DNA from: Octopus bimaculoides
Lineage: Eukaryota
NCBI RefSeq assembly: GCF_001194135.2
Contig: NC_068999.1
Location: forward strand, 14,080,226 to 14,118,956
Reading direction: 5' to 3'
Length of the DNA stretch: 38,731 nucleotides
Positions 12,521 through 27,321 of this stretch are shown one piece after another (the first letter of the stretch is position 1; every line of letters begins with the position of its first letter). The position numbers and the translations under genes were made by a program. The notes beneath the pieces were generated by a model. The model did no database searches. It was given only the letters and a program-made list of their open reading frames with translations, and was not told the DNA's origin.

Positions 12521-15179
12521 AAAATCAGTATCTGTTTATTCTACAGATAACTTGCTCTGAAAGTTGTGGTGCTTCCTTGGTGTATTGCAATTAAACACTT
12601 TGAAACGGAATTGAAAAAAATTACTGCAATTTGTAATAGTAAACATTTTTAACGTGGGTTTGTTACCAACTGAGAACATCCAGAAAGAAAGAAAACAGTA
12701 TGTGATCTATTACAACATGAAATGAACGAAAACTAACATTCTATTACAATATAAAATGAAAGATAACTAACAATGGGTCTATACAATTACTGTTTCACAG
12801 TAAATATATACACCCAGTGGAAAGCATGAAAGTACGAGATGTAAGCTCGTCTTAGCCTTGACATGATTAGAACCATTATATTTCAAAATAGAGGCAAGCT
12901 GTATTGGTTCATGGATTCCTGGGGAAGCACTGCATAAATGAATCATTCATAGTAATCAGATATGTGTGCTACACTGATAGTTTTTACAGGAGAACGGTGT
13001 GGTGCACGTAGGATGTCCAACTAAACGCAAATAAATTAACACAACGAACCCTAAATGCAACACCGTTAATACAGGTGCACACGCCTCATATATTAATATT
13101 TACTATATAGATCGGTTACAAGTCATGATGACGTTCAATGTTATGAATTATAATATTTTCAAAGATTTCACTTAAAAACATATGTCGGAGAGAGATTGGT
13201 AAACATCATCACTGCTGTGTTTCATAAAAACACCAGGAACGTCTCTCGTGAAATCTTGCGTGATGCAGTAAGTCCTTACAATATATTTTAATTTCAGAGG
13301 GGTATATACGGATAAATTTTATCTAAGGAAATTCCACACTATGCTTACTTAAGATATTTATACATTTATTTTGACACAGATGGCAATTATATGTAATATT
13401 TGATTCACTACCTCCGTATGTTTTCTAATCTGTTCAGTCTTGATAAAATAGATGTCAAATGACATATGCTATTTATTGATTAAACATTTGAACATACTAT
13501 ACTACATTGAAAGTCCGTAGTAGTTTTGTATTACTTGTACCTGCTGCTAAAGTATCAAGAGTCTTTACCAATGAATAAAAGTGTGCATGTAAATAATACA
13601 GTATCTAATCCGTCCTTAATCCAGTGGGTATTAAAGAGCTAATTAGAATTAGTTATGGTAAGGAAGAATCATATAAACCAATGTCAAATATCGTGTTATT
13701 ATGTGATGTACGTGTGTCAACAAAGGCATTCAACACTGTTTCCATTTAGCATGAGCCAGACACAATTCATTCATCTATAAATAAAATGCAATATATTACT
13801 TTTCATGAAGTCATTATATTTAATAATTTTATCTAACATTAGAACACAAGGTTATCTAATTCCACGTGCATTTACATGATAATGATTAACAGAAAGTTTA
13901 GAATATCGGATTAAATAACATTGAGTGTTTAGTTACATTCATTTACGTTTATGTTCTGAGAGCAATGAGTTTGTCATTTTTGCCACTATGGTCGATAAGA
14001 TAAATATTCGATATTATCGACACTAATTCTATTCTACAATATTTCAGTGTTGCGCCAACAAAATAAATCAATATTTAACTGTCCTCAACGAGGTCATCTG
14101 GAATGTTCGATATGTAGGAAACATTAAACGAATTATTATGAATTTTGTTAAATTGTCTGAATGATGTGGCTAACAGCCTGACATCTATTCGAGCTTTTGA
14201 CAGAATGGCAATAAATAATATATGTCTATACTTTTATTAAACTTTATTGTATTCTAAATGTGTTTGAACAAAAGCTACGTAGCCAATGACTGATTAGACT
14301 TCTGTTTGTAAGGTCTTAGAATTGACGGTTTTAATATTTACATGGCTTATATATTTACGTATGATATATCGATAAAAGTGTACTTGTGACAGTTAAAGTG
14401 TCTATGTGTGCAATTATTTTGCATGCACGATATACTCAGCGGGGTTTGTTCCGAAATGTTCTGTTTTACACAGGATCTTATTCATTATGGAAATCTTATA
14501 ATATTAATTTAATTTTGTGTTGAATATTTCAGCAATGAAACTTGTTGCAATGCATACATGATATTCAATAAAATACCAGTTATAATATTTAAGTATTATA
14601 GGAGATTCTTTAAATGTTATATCCTTCCATAGAATACAAGCGTGCAAATGTATGTTTCAATTCCACTACGGTAATTGTGAAATAGGCAAGTCTTTAAGTT
14701 CACTCATAAATATTTTTGCTTAGAACAATTGATAGTGTTGAACATGTGTATGAATAAATTAAGTGACTGAAGATTTCAAGCATTTTGCAGTTTGTAGGAC
14801 ACTAATCAATATATATAAAAAAAATATATAGTAGAGAGAAGTGAATATCATGAAATATTACACATAATAGAAAAACAAACAAATTTAAGCATAATGAACG
14901 CAATATTCAAATTTATTCCAGAGAGGGTATATTTAACTTCCCAGTACAAAAGCGAAAGTTTCACGGAGCATTGTAAAAAGCTGCAGATGAGTACAGGATA
15001 TCACCTGTTAGTTAACAGCAAAACAATACTTTCTTTAATGACTTCTGTTTTTTTTTTTTTCCTAGCCAAAAAATACCTGGAGTAAGGTTGGGAATAGCAA
15101 AACCCACAGTTTCAGCTTTTTATGCACCGCTAATTAAAGAAATCATATCGCATATATATATATAGTTCAATGCTTACAT

Positions 15180-15369
15180 AAGGCAACAGGCTCGCGAAAT
15201 GCTTAGCGGCATTTCGTTAATCTTTAGATTCTGCGTTGAAAATTCTACTGTAGACAGCTTTGCATTTCATCCTTTCAGGATCGCTAAAATATGTACCAGT
15301 TAAGGACTTGAGTCGATGTAATTGACTCGCACCCTCTCCTATTATTGTAGACTTGCCAAAATTTGAAAC
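15180..15369 (+). mobile_element. Diverged tRNA-derived SINE (family A)
   Basis: GCGAAATGCTTAGCGGCATTTCG...CTTTGCATTTCATCCTTTCAGGATCG...GTACCAGTT...GTCGATGTAATTGACT...GCCAAAATTTGAAAC. Confidence 0.78.
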
Positions 15370-15849
15370 GAGGAGATACATAAATACGCATATAAAGACA
15401 GTCATAGAGTCAAATATGGTTAGCTACGGAGTGAACTTAATGTATTAACGCTTACGTATTAGAACTAATGTCATCGGTAAATATTCCCATCGTATATATC
15501 TGGGAAGCGTAGCGAAACAAATAGAATCAAACATGTTCAATGTCGAGATGAATTAAATTAAATGTGATATCTTACATAAATGTATTGAAATATAGGCGAC
15601 ACAATTTTAACATAAATATTTATGTAACATACTAACGCTACTAGTCGAACGAGAAAATCTACCAAAGTCCCAGCAAGAGATAGAGCAATGCCTCATATAT
15701 TTTGGCAGTGACTGACATGAGTCAAAGTTAATTGAATGAAATTTGGCAAAACAGAAATTAATATTGATAAATCCAAAACATTGTTTATGTATTGCAGAAT
15801 GTGCAGTAAATAAGGATGGTATGGGGATGGATTCTGTGTCATTCTTTAG

Positions 15850-15897
15850 CCTCCTAAATTATCTAGCTCGATGTATGCCAGAGATCACAGCATTAAG
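15850..15897 (+). CDS. Candidate 48-nt micro-exon (unverified)
   Basis: Acceptor TCTGTGTCATTCTTTAG, donor AAG|GTAAGG; phase-0 frame PPKLSSSMYARDHSIK. No recognised homology. Confidence 0.15.
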
Positions 15898-16242
15898 GTA
15901 AGGATCCGTCAGATAGAAAAAGGATGCCAGCATTGCAATTCTATTATTATAAACGTGCATCTATTCCCACTCCGTTGCTATAATCCATTAAAATATATCA
16001 AACGTAATAAATTCGTATATATGTATGTAAATATATAATATATATATATATATATATATANNNNNNNNNNNNNNNNNNNNNNNNNNNNNNNNNNNNNNNN
16101 NNNNNNNNNNNNNNNNNNNNNNNNNNNNNNNNNNNNNNNNNNNNNNNNNNNNNNNNNNNNNNNNNNNNNNNNNNNNNNNNNNNNNNNNNNNNNNNNNNNN
16201 NNNNNNNNNNNNNNNNNNNNNNNNNTATATATATGTGTGTAC

Positions 16243-16570
16243 ATATAGCCTCGGACCGACCAAATACTTGTGAATGGATTTGGTATAGACGGTATCTGAA
16301 AGAGGCGTGTCGTATATATGTGTGTGTGTGTGTGCGTGTGTGTGTGTGTGTGTGAGATTGCGTGTGTGCGCGTGCGCGTTTGTGTATGTACCCCTACCAT
16401 TGCTTGACAACTGAAGTTGGTTTGTATTTGCACCAGTAACTTAGCAGTTCGGCAATATATACCGATGACATTAGTTCTAATCTTACAAAGAAGTACTGGG
16501 GTCGATTTGTTCGACTAAATACAGTACTCCAGCACGGCCGTAGTAAAATAACTGAAACAAGTAAAGAATA
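16243..16570 (+). mobile_element. 5'-truncated microsatellite-containing SINE (family B)
   Basis: TATAGCCTCGGACCGACCAAA...GGATTTGGTA...GAAAGAGGCGTGTCG, then an internal (TG)n tract, then the 3' body with CTGGGGTCGATTTGTTCGACTAAA. Confidence 0.82.
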
Positions 16571-16606
16571 TACATACATACATACGTACATACATACACA
16601 CATATA

Positions 16607-16637
<31 letters not shown>

Positions 16638-16742
16638 GTGTGTATATGTATATATATACCTGTACATAAATTCATACATACGTGCATAGGGGCACGAATA
16701 CATAAATACTCACATAAGTACTTAGAGCGGGACATCTATATC

Positions 16743-16822
16743 TGTATGCGTGCATGTATGCGTGCATGTATGCGTGCATGTATGCGTGCATGTATGCGTG
16801 CATGTATGCGTGCATGTATGCA
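16743..16822. repeat. 12-bp minisatellite (TGTATGCGTGCA) x6.7
   Basis: Six perfect units 16743-16814 plus a partial unit. Confidence 0.96.
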
Positions 16823-17154
16823 CGTATGTTTGAATGTGCTGTCTTCACTGGCGCTTCGTTCATAAATGCTTCCGTATAAATTCGTAAAGTTAATTGGGAA
16901 ATACATATAAAATACATCAACTGCGTATATCTTGCGCAACTGTATTTGTATATTCGATATCGGTAATGACTACTGTCAGCGATCTACAATGTTTTTATAA
17001 ATCATCTAACTCATTCAGTCGAACACGATCGAATTATCTTTTCAATAACCAAAGTTCACTATTTCATATTTCCTTGGTCTCAGTTTTTTTAATGCAGTAT
17101 TTTATTGTGTAGTTTAAAAACAAACTACGTGTGTGTCTCTCTGTCTCCCTCTCC

Positions 17155-17202
<48 letters not shown>

Positions 17203-17463
17203 ATTATGTATGTATGTATACATATATGCATTTCATGAGCATTAATATCAAAAGGAATTAGCTTCTCAATTCAGTAACCTTGCTCGGTATGGAGTGGGTA
17301 ACTCTCCTATCAGTAGATAGATGAGCGCAATTTTTGTTGGTATTAGGGACTTTGATTCTTATTTCTAGGAAGGTAGGTGCCACAATGCACTCCACCAGAC
17401 ACTGTTAATTACAAGTGAATTATTCCTTTATGTCTTTATATTGCCTCTAGCCACGTCCTTCAT

Positions 17464-17465
<2 letters not shown>

Positions 17466-17516
<51 letters not shown>
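17466..17516. repeat. (TA)n microsatellite
   Basis: Directly visible. Confidence 0.96.
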
Positions 17517-17518
<2 letters not shown>

Positions 17519-20361
17519 GTCCATGGGCATAACTGGAAGATGACAGAGGATTCCATCACCCTTTTTTCTTCCTTTGTTCCTGGTTTTTATCTTGTCATTT
17601 CCGAAGAAACCAGGATGTTTAAAATTTCTCAATAAGTAGGGATGCAGCTGTCTGTAGAATTCTGATAAGCTATATAAAATAACACGGAACACATATCTCG
17701 ATTATTTCAATGATTCAGTTACAAATATGCTCTGAACTCTAAAAATGATACATTGCTGAACTCAGTTAATAAAATCTCCACGTACATAGGCAAATGCACG
17801 CTAGCGTGCATTTTGAAAATGGGTCGTCCTAGATTTAACGAGGGAAGAACAAATGGAGACACCTAAAAAATTGAAGTCACCTTTTCACGCACTGATTAAA
17901 TTTAATGTGCAATTATGAAACAATAACATGTTTGAAAAATTGTTTTTATAATGATTTCATATAAGGCTAGCAACTATGTATGGGAAATTCGAATAGTTAA
18001 TTTTAAAGCATAATAAAGGATGCTTGGGTTATACATTTTACATTTAAGGTCATACTACACATTTACCCTGTATGCATGCAAATAAGTAGTTTTTTCATGT
18101 GTTACTATGAAACATGTAGAAAACAGTGTTGTATGATATGCGTTGAAATTGCTGAGATTAAAGTCCACAATATCGCGTTGGAGGATGCTGCAATATTATA
18201 TATGAATATATGTATATGATGAATGTTGATTAACTGAATGCTGAAGTAAGTGTAATTTTTAAGGAATATAAAACAACTGTCTCTCATGCAAGTTTAAACG
18301 TATTCATGTGTGCGTTATATTTCAATTTCTACGAACAAATGTTTTCATGAAATGCATGTCAATGAATTCGAACGAGGGATTGTTTTTTTTATAGCAGACT
18401 TTTGTCGTGTATACATCCCCAACACATATACACAAACGCATACACACAGACATCCACTCACATCTCCTCACAGAGTAGACATATGGATATAAATAGCTCT
18501 ATGTGGGTATGTGAGCGCATGTGTAAAAGAGAGTATTTCTATGGGTGTGTGTACAGAACACGTTTTCTTAACAGGTGTGCTCAGTCAAGTAGGCTAAATG
18601 CAGATATGGCTTGCTGTTATACTGTAAAGCCAATCACTAGAGACTCAACATAAGGGATGGAACCACTTAATAAAGGACGAAATAGGCCTAAGATTGAAAA
18701 TTATGATTCAGCAACAATATCTCTAACATGTCACATTATAGAATCTGAAATATATGGAGAATATCAGAAAAAAATTACACTATGAATAGTAAAAAATGAG
18801 GGGGAAAACTAATACAGAAAAAAAATATAGCGTTGGGCAAGGCACTATGTCTACTCGATTAAATTTGGATTTTTCTATAGAAATATTGCATTACAAGTTA
18901 CTAGAAACTTCGCTATATANNNNNNNNNNNNNNNNNNNNNNNNNNNNNNNNNNNNNNNNNNNNNNNNNNNNNNNNNNNNNNNNNNNNNNNNNNNNNNNNN
19001 NNNNNNNNNNNNNNNNNNNNNNNNNNNNNNNNNNNNNNNNNNNNNNNNNNNNNNNNNNNNNNNNNNNNNNNNNNNNNNNNNNNNNNNNNNNNNNNNNNNN
19101 NNNNNNNNNNNNNNNNNNNNNNNNNNNNNNNNNNNNNNNNNNNNNNNNNNNNNNNNNNNNNNNNNNNNNNNNNNNNNNNNNNNNNNNNNNNNNNNNNNNN
19201 NNNNNNNNNNNNNNNNNNNNNNNNNNNNTATATATATATATATATGTATATATTTATATACATGCACACGTAGATATTTATGTTGATATAAAATGAATTC
19301 AAATGGATTCCCGAGAAGCAATATTTGTAAGTTGTGAGATAATAAACTATGCTATTTTACAATTCTTGAATTTTAATATCAAGCGTATCATATTGGGTAT
19401 GTTATTATAGCGGCTATGGTACGTGCAGTATATATTAGTTTCCGAATATATTCTCACTGGGTATGATGTTGACTTGCGTAGCCTTGCAGTAATATATAAT
19501 AATTAATCGATATTCTCCAGAGCAAGTTCAGCATAACTCTGTCTCCCAAAATCTGGAGAGAGCAAATATAAAAAGTAAAAAAAAATAACAATATAATGAT
19601 ATTCAATTTAATATACGAAGCTCATTATACATTATATTACACACACACACATACAAACACACACACGTACATCTTTATATTTATATGTATAGGAATGGAT
19701 AGGTATATATTTACATTACATTCTCCATCATATTGTACTTTCTAGCAAACCTCTGGATGCGCCAAGAATCTGTGTTTCGTTACAAACCATATCTCGTCTC
19801 TTTTTTTTTTCTGATATTCGCGAGCGAAGAAGTAAGCTATTATATATACGTCTAAATATACGTGATAAAATATTTTGTCGAAATAAGTGTATATTTATTT
19901 CGATTCGTTAACATTGCATTTAATAATGTTGTTAATTGGTAATAATTTTCCTGCTCATGAAATACATAATGATATCTTAGGAATAGTTGTTATACATTTA
20001 TGAATATATACAGATTTTCGACTACGTAGACAGCCAATAATGTGAAGCACAGCAGGAGGTTGTATTCCTATTTATCGACTTGTTGAAATGGTAAGTTTAC
20101 ATAGCTATATTGGAATTTAGTATATAAGGATCTGCAAAATATAAAGCAAAACATCCTATTACGCTCCAAAATGTCAACGAACGTACATTCCTAATTAGTG
20201 CAATTATGAATAAAAATATGAGATCCGTAATTGTGGACGTTTAGAGGAATCCGCCAGCCGACTACACCAACCCAGTGACGAAATATAAGTTACTTCAGTA
20301 AATACGACGTATCAAAATGGGAAGTCGGCCACGACTGATTTTGAAAGTATTACAATATTGA

Positions 20362-20576
20362 TTCCAAATATTGGCAGAGGGTCAATAGATTTTTTGAGTG
20401 GTAGGTGAGGTCACTGCATTCAATCCAATTATTGAATGCTGCTTATCTCATCAACCTAGAAAGGTTGAACGTTAAAATCGACCTCTGGAGAATTTGAACT
20501 CAGGAGGTAAACAAACATGGACGAAATGCCAATGTACATTTTGTCCGGTGATCTAATGATTCAGCGACCTCGCCTC
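20362..20576 (-). mobile_element. Diverged tRNA-derived SINE (family A)
   Basis: Reverse complement reads AGGCGAGG...GGCATTTCGTCC...CTGAGTTCAAATTCTCCAGAGGTCGA...CCTTTC, and ends ...GCCAATATTTGGAA like the 15180 copy. Confidence 0.72.
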
Positions 20577-21249
20577 ATTAGGAACGATAATGAAAAGATG
20601 AAAATTCCCAGTGATTACCTGCCACACAACGAACAATTTTGAATTGATTTCAGAATGACGTAGTAATGCATGACACAATTAAGATTGCAGTTTGTGAAAT
20701 ATGCACTACATACTTAAAATCATCAATTACGCAATAAAAGTACGGGAATCTAGGTGACATGATAAACTGTATCCAAACAAAAATGCATGCAAATAAAAAC
20801 AAAATGCATGTGGTACTAATACATATCTGTAACGAGGACAACTGCAAAACCGTGAAAAAACGTGTGGCCATGGAAAGAGTAAATTGTGCCGTCTACACTC
20901 GAACACTGACGGGAGTGGAAAATATTCCAGTGTCTGCTCGATTTCCTCTAGGTTTGCAGGAAGAGGTGGGACATAGACCAGACACTGCAAATAGTACACG
21001 GACAGAGGTCACTCCCGTTTAATATTAGAAACACTGTCACTACTACTACTACTACAGCCAACGATTCAAGTCAACGCATTAGATAGCCATTATGTCCCCA
21101 CACAAAAAAGGCTCGAACGTGGACTATGTTGACACAAGTAAGAAACAATTATGAACTTTTCTTTTGATTACATTTATTTTATATAGTGGCGTTTTCAAAC
21201 TTCTTTTTTATAAATATAAACCCACTCGTATGCCACCTACACTTTTATC

Positions 21250-22059
21250 NNNNNNNNNNNNNNNNNNNNNNNNNNNNNNNNNNNNNNNNNNNNNNNNNNN
21301 NNNNNNNNNNNNNNNNNNNNNNNNNNNNNNNNNNNNNNNNNNNNNNNNNNNNNNNNNNNNNNNNNNNNNNNNNNNNNNNNNNNNNNNNNNNNNNNNNNNN
21401 NNNNNNNNNNNNNNNNNNNNNNNNNNNNNNNNNNNNNNNNNNNNNNNNNNNNNNNNNNNNNNNNNNNNNNNNNNNNNNNNNNNNNNNNNNNNNNNNNNNN
21501 NNNNNNNNNNNNNNNNNNNNNNNNNNNNNNNNNNNNNNNNNNNNNNNNNNNNNNNNNNNNNNNNNNNNNNNNNNNNNNNNNNNNNNNNNNNNNNNNNNNN
21601 NNNNNNNNNNNNNNNNNNNNNNNNNNNNNNNNNNNNNNNNNNNNNNNNNNNNNNNNNNNNNNNNNNNNNNNNNNNNNNNNNNNNNNNNNNNNNNNNNNNN
21701 NNNNNNNNNNNNNNNNNNNNNNNNNNNNNNNNNNNNNNNNNNNNNNNNNNNNNNNNNNNNNNNNNNNNNNNNNNNNNNNNNNNNNNNNNNNNNNNNNNNN
21801 NNNNNNNNNNNNNNNNNNNNNNNNNNNNNNNNNNNNNNNNNNNNNNNNNNNNNNNNNNNNNNNNNNNNNNNNNNNNNNNNNNNNNNNNNNNNNNNNNNNN
21901 NNNNNNNNNNNNNNNNNNNNNNNNNNNNNNNNNNNNNNNNNNNNNNNNNNNNNNNNNNNNNNNNNNNNNNNNNNNNNNNNNNNNNNNNNNNNNNNNNNNN
22001 NNNNNNNNNNNNNNNNNNNNNNNNNNNNNNNNNNNNNNNNNNNNNNNNNNNNNNNNNNN

Positions 22060-22060
<1 letters not shown>
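21250..22060. other. Assembly gap (811 N), largest of ten
   Basis: Gaps at 2052-2061, 2894-2937, 9408-9507, 10754-10892, 16061-16225, 18920-19228, 21250-22060, 22743-23307, 28156-28411 and 29357-29476. Confidence 0.99.

Positions 22061-22114
<54 letters not shown>
22061..22114. repeat. (GA)n microsatellite
   Basis: Directly visible; abuts a gap. Confidence 0.96.
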
Positions 22115-22116
<2 letters not shown>

Positions 22117-22699
22117 CACATACGTGCATCAATACCTATACACATGAATATATTTGACTCGCGAAATATATAAATATACACTATAACATGTAAACGTTTG
22201 CAAATGTATTAGTATGCAATCACAAGTCAACACGTATTCGATTGCGCATTGCTCGGTACATGATAAGAATGCAACAGTTAAATTATGAGATTTCTGCTGC
22301 CTTACAATCTAAGAAACGGAGACATGACTTAATACGGTCTGTTTTTGAGAGTCATGTGTAAGCTCAAAAAAATATTCTCGCTACTATAAATAGTTTACTT
22401 GAAGAGTTGTAGAAAATATTTTGCGGAGTTAATATTTCTTTTTGTTAGTTTCAAATTTTAACTCAAGATTATGTTGTCTTTTTTTTTCTTCCGCTGCTTC
22501 TTCTTATTTAAATGTAATTTTTATCTCCAAGCAATTTTTGCAAAGTTACATCAAAAGTTCAACAGAAGTAAACTTTAGAAATTACTTTCATAATGTTTCA
22601 TCCACATACTACCATGACGATTGTCACTACACATTTCCCCAAGGCTAAATTCGTCTCTTTCGCTCACGCACACTCAGGCACATGACTAAACACAACCAT

Positions 22700-22742
<43 letters not shown>

Positions 22743-25595
22743 NNNNNNNNNNNNNNNNNNNNNNNNNNNNNNNNNNNNNNNNNNNNNNNNNNNNNNNNNN
22801 NNNNNNNNNNNNNNNNNNNNNNNNNNNNNNNNNNNNNNNNNNNNNNNNNNNNNNNNNNNNNNNNNNNNNNNNNNNNNNNNNNNNNNNNNNNNNNNNNNNN
22901 NNNNNNNNNNNNNNNNNNNNNNNNNNNNNNNNNNNNNNNNNNNNNNNNNNNNNNNNNNNNNNNNNNNNNNNNNNNNNNNNNNNNNNNNNNNNNNNNNNNN
23001 NNNNNNNNNNNNNNNNNNNNNNNNNNNNNNNNNNNNNNNNNNNNNNNNNNNNNNNNNNNNNNNNNNNNNNNNNNNNNNNNNNNNNNNNNNNNNNNNNNNN
23101 NNNNNNNNNNNNNNNNNNNNNNNNNNNNNNNNNNNNNNNNNNNNNNNNNNNNNNNNNNNNNNNNNNNNNNNNNNNNNNNNNNNNNNNNNNNNNNNNNNNN
23201 NNNNNNNNNNNNNNNNNNNNNNNNNNNNNNNNNNNNNNNNNNNNNNNNNNNNNNNNNNNNNNNNNNNNNNNNNNNNNNNNNNNNNNNNNNNNNNNNNNNN
23301 NNNNNNNTATACATATATATATATATATACACGTTTACAAGAAACATTTGAAATAATTTTATACTGTTCAAAGTCTAGAAATGCATAATATTAAATCCAT
23401 GTTTTGAACAAATTTTCCCATATTCAAATTAAGAATCTACGCCGTAATCGAAATTTTAGGAATGTTCATATGTTGAATGCATTGCATATGAACAAGAGAT
23501 GTCTTACTTCCATTTTCATAACGGAGGGAAATTTATTTACCGTTATAAATTTAGCTTCCTTACACATTGAATACTTATAAATGACCCGGATATCCTACGT
23601 TTCCGAACTGTTTAAGGACGTTTAAGTGAGTTTGTTACTATCTAAACTAAAGTAAACATTTTATACTCTACATTTTGAAGTACATGGATTCCTGTTTGCA
23701 TTCAAATGAAATTACATCACCGTAAAAAATTATATTTCGTTCTATGACATTAGCTACAAAATTAAACACGTGCATATTGGCAAAAGGCAAGTACTTACAA
23801 AAACTGGAATTAACGAAACTTTCTGGTTTCCTAGCAGGGATAAGCGGAGTCACTGGAACAAATGTATAGAGAATAACTGAAATGAGCAAAGTAAACCCAT
23901 ATTCTTCACTCATCATACAAAACCAAAAGAACGAAAAGTTTCTAGAAATATTCTGAATCATTGGAGAGTTTTGTGAAACATAGAAAATACATAACGTAGG
24001 TTAAACATTATGGAAAATAAATACAAAGTACTAGCTAAAATAGAAATACATATAACTAGTAACGAAAGGCGCCATTACGGTATCGCTTGCGCTGGTAAAA
24101 CTATGATTCATCGGAACATGCACTTAATAATCTGATATTGCAAATAGTCATGTTTTCATTAGATAACATAGTAAATGACATAGTTTTTGATGAAAACATT
24201 GAATCAATTTATAGTTTGCATGTCAGACCAATTTTAATATATAACTCCGAACGAAGTCTATTACGTTTATGCATTATTGGTGACATGCCCGATATATTGA
24301 TATTGCAATTAAAACTAACGAATTTCTGAATCCGTAAGGTTTTCACACACGTACGATTTAAATGTCTATATCTTTTAAACTACAATACGTTCATTGTATT
24401 CTGACGGAGATTCGATTTAAAACGTTAGAATATATAATTCGGAGTAACATGTTGCTAAATATAAATAATAATCATTGAACTAAAGTAACTGTAATTTGCA
24501 ATATTTTTACAAACCGGCGAGGAACAAAAGGAAATCTTTATTCAGAAACACACTCAGAGCATCGTATACAAAACTTCCATTGAAATGAAACTGCTGCACT
24601 AAATGTATGCTGCTTTAGTACATAGAAGTTAGAAGAATATGTAGTAGGCCTGTACATCTAGAATTCATTAAAAAGTGTTTCCTTTTACTAACGTGGAACT
24701 ATTTTCGTTCTACTAAATATATATACATCTAACATCCTTATTTGCATACGTGCATGTACACATATATTTTAAGATTGATATATATGTATAAATATAGATA
24801 CATACATATATATATATATAGATATCTATATATTAATGTTTATATATATTTATATGTATGTGTGTGTATGTGTGTACAAGTGTTTGATGTGTCTGTGCAT
24901 ATGTATGTATTAATGCATATAAGAACATATATGTGTGTGTACGTGGGGGTACTTGAGTAGGTGTGTGCATGTCGATGTGTGTGTGCTTCAATGCAAAGAT
25001 ACATGATAGAGCAGTGGTATACCGATGATGAAGCAGGCAAAAATAGAATATATTAAAATAGAAACAGATAAGAAATGTTTTGCTTGATGAAGAGCTGATT
25101 CCATTGAATTAGGAATTGAATGGAAATATTAGAGCATTATATTTTCACTTCATGTACCGATTTTAAATGCGCCGAACACAGGAAATGTCTAGAAGCTACA
25201 GGAAGAGAAGCCTGCAGACATTCGTGTTATATATGACAATGTCACGCTACCGGAGTGAATAACACGTTATATTTGATATATTTTAAGAAGCGCTTCTTAC
25301 GAACATCTTTCATTGCTGGATACCTCTTCGAATGATCTAGCATGAATATAATCTAAGCGTATCTGCGTATATTTTTGTAGTGAGGGGCACTTAGATCATA
25401 TCGTTACAGTACCGGTGTGTTTCTGAAATTGAACTGGTATATTAATTCAGTATTTTCCCGATCTATTTATAATTGTCATATCCCAATATCACAATTTCGA
25501 ATATTGAAATATACCTGTTTTTTATATATTAAATGTCACTTTACCGTTAAATATTGTATTCTGCGATTTATCAATGCTTCGTGAATCAAACTGCA

Positions 25596-25740
25596 CAAAA
25601 GCACACGCACATACACACACACATGCAAGCTTACACACACAACCACACACACAGAAACAAACAGAAGCACACACACACACACACACACAAACACACGCAT
25701 GTATGTGTGTATCTACGCCTGTATGTATGTATTTGTATGT
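25596..25740. repeat. Degenerate (CA)n/(TGTA)n microsatellite
   Basis: Directly visible. Confidence 0.9.
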
Positions 25741-26661
25741 GTTATGTACTACTATGCGAAACAATAGTTTTCAACCAACATTAGTCATGCGCTCTTGTTT
25801 CTTTGTCACTTTACCTGCAGTCACAGCATGTCTTTAATTATGTGTCAAGTTTACATGAAGATTGATTTGGAGTATGGTGGAATAAAAGGGAGTGAAATAC
25901 TAGCATTTGCTAATGGATAAGCATTGTTTCATGTGACAAGCAATTAGGTTTTTACCATATAGTTGAAATGTTAGGTAAGTCCTATCTGCAACATGTATTT
26001 GGCATTTGTACTTCAATGAAGACACATTTCCAAGTCGAGATTTAAACCAATGTTTCCGATTAAACGCCGGTGGGCGGTATTGATTTCATAGGCTAATGGG
26101 TTTATATAGAAGACATAGAATATAAATGCAATTAAACATTTTCTTTATGGTTAATGCAAATACATTTCAATATTTATCAAACATTAGTTTCCAGAAGACA
26201 ATGATATAGCAGTGCAGGACAATATTAACACTCTTTAACGATTCTGCAGTTTTCATACATTATTCGAGTAATATCAAGAAGGTTATCATTATATGTCATA
26301 TAGAAATTATAAAATTTGCCAACTTGCAGATTAATAAAGCGTCAGGCATATTTCTTTTGCTATTTTATTTCTAGCAATATACAGACTCAGTGCAAGAAAC
26401 ACTGAGATCAGTTTTCAATTCCATCCTTTATGACTAAGTAAATAGATTACCGGCGCCCTTCTAAATTGTGCCCAATTTTTCTTACAGTTTTTCGCTATTA
26501 TAATGATGCAATCCGATGCGGTCATATTTGAACATAGATTGTATCTATCAGACCTAATGTAAACAACATACTTCACTGTAGGGAGAAAGTATGAGAAATG
26601 GAAGCAGTGATAGTGAAACCGCGAGAGAAAGAGAACAAAATATAGAGGAAGGAAGAGATTA

Positions 26662-26663
<2 letters not shown>

Positions 26664-26709
<46 letters not shown>

Positions 26710-26710
26710 C
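26664..26710. repeat. (CA)n(TA)n microsatellite
   Basis: Directly visible. Confidence 0.95.
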
Positions 26711-27321
26711 ACTTCAATTAGATCGTTTGTTAACCTCATGAAGGGATGATTCCATCCTAGGAAATACTGGTTCAATAGCCAGTAATTTTGGGGAAGTAAT
26801 TTCCTTAAAATAATAGTTATATATTACGGAGGTGGAAGGTTCTAGGGAATTTAGCTCTATTTTTTTCCATATTTTGATTTGTAAATTTTGCCAGGATTTG
26901 TAACCATATTTCCGCCAAAGCGCCTCTTCTCTGATGGGCATGAAACAGCGTTGTGTTACATGTAGATGTATATCGTGTATTCATGAGACGTTAGTGGGTA
27001 AACAAAAGTATTTGAGCAGATGTGATAATATTTATATCGATTTTCTGCTTAGAAGTGAAAATCATATCAGTGCTTATTTAGAGAGGAAATGTTAAGCACA
27101 GGTCTGTATTTCGAGTCACGTATAATAATGTAAAAGAAAAATGCTTAATGTCTTTGCATCAAGCGGATGCTGCATTATGAACATTTCAAGTAATACAGCG
27201 TCAAGCATGGAGACATTAAATTCAATCAAATCACTACCCGACTACAAAACTCACATTTTAATCAATGCACATATCATTATTGTTTTTAGTTGTGATTAAT
27301 AGAAGTCATTTCACATTAAAA

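Noticed and set aside
20759-21022. 87-aa plus-strand ORF in a slightly GC-richer patch
   Set aside because: No recognisable domain; only a weak donor follows the candidate acceptor.
21164-23371. Longest ORFs in the track (224-327 aa)
   Set aside because: Almost entirely N-gap read as X.
23668-23961. 97-aa minus-strand ORF
   Set aside because: No recognisable motif and no convincing splice sites; length is compatible with chance.
25960-25976. 12-nt micro-exon before AG|GTAAGT
   Set aside because: Strong donor but poor acceptor; indistinguishable from chance.
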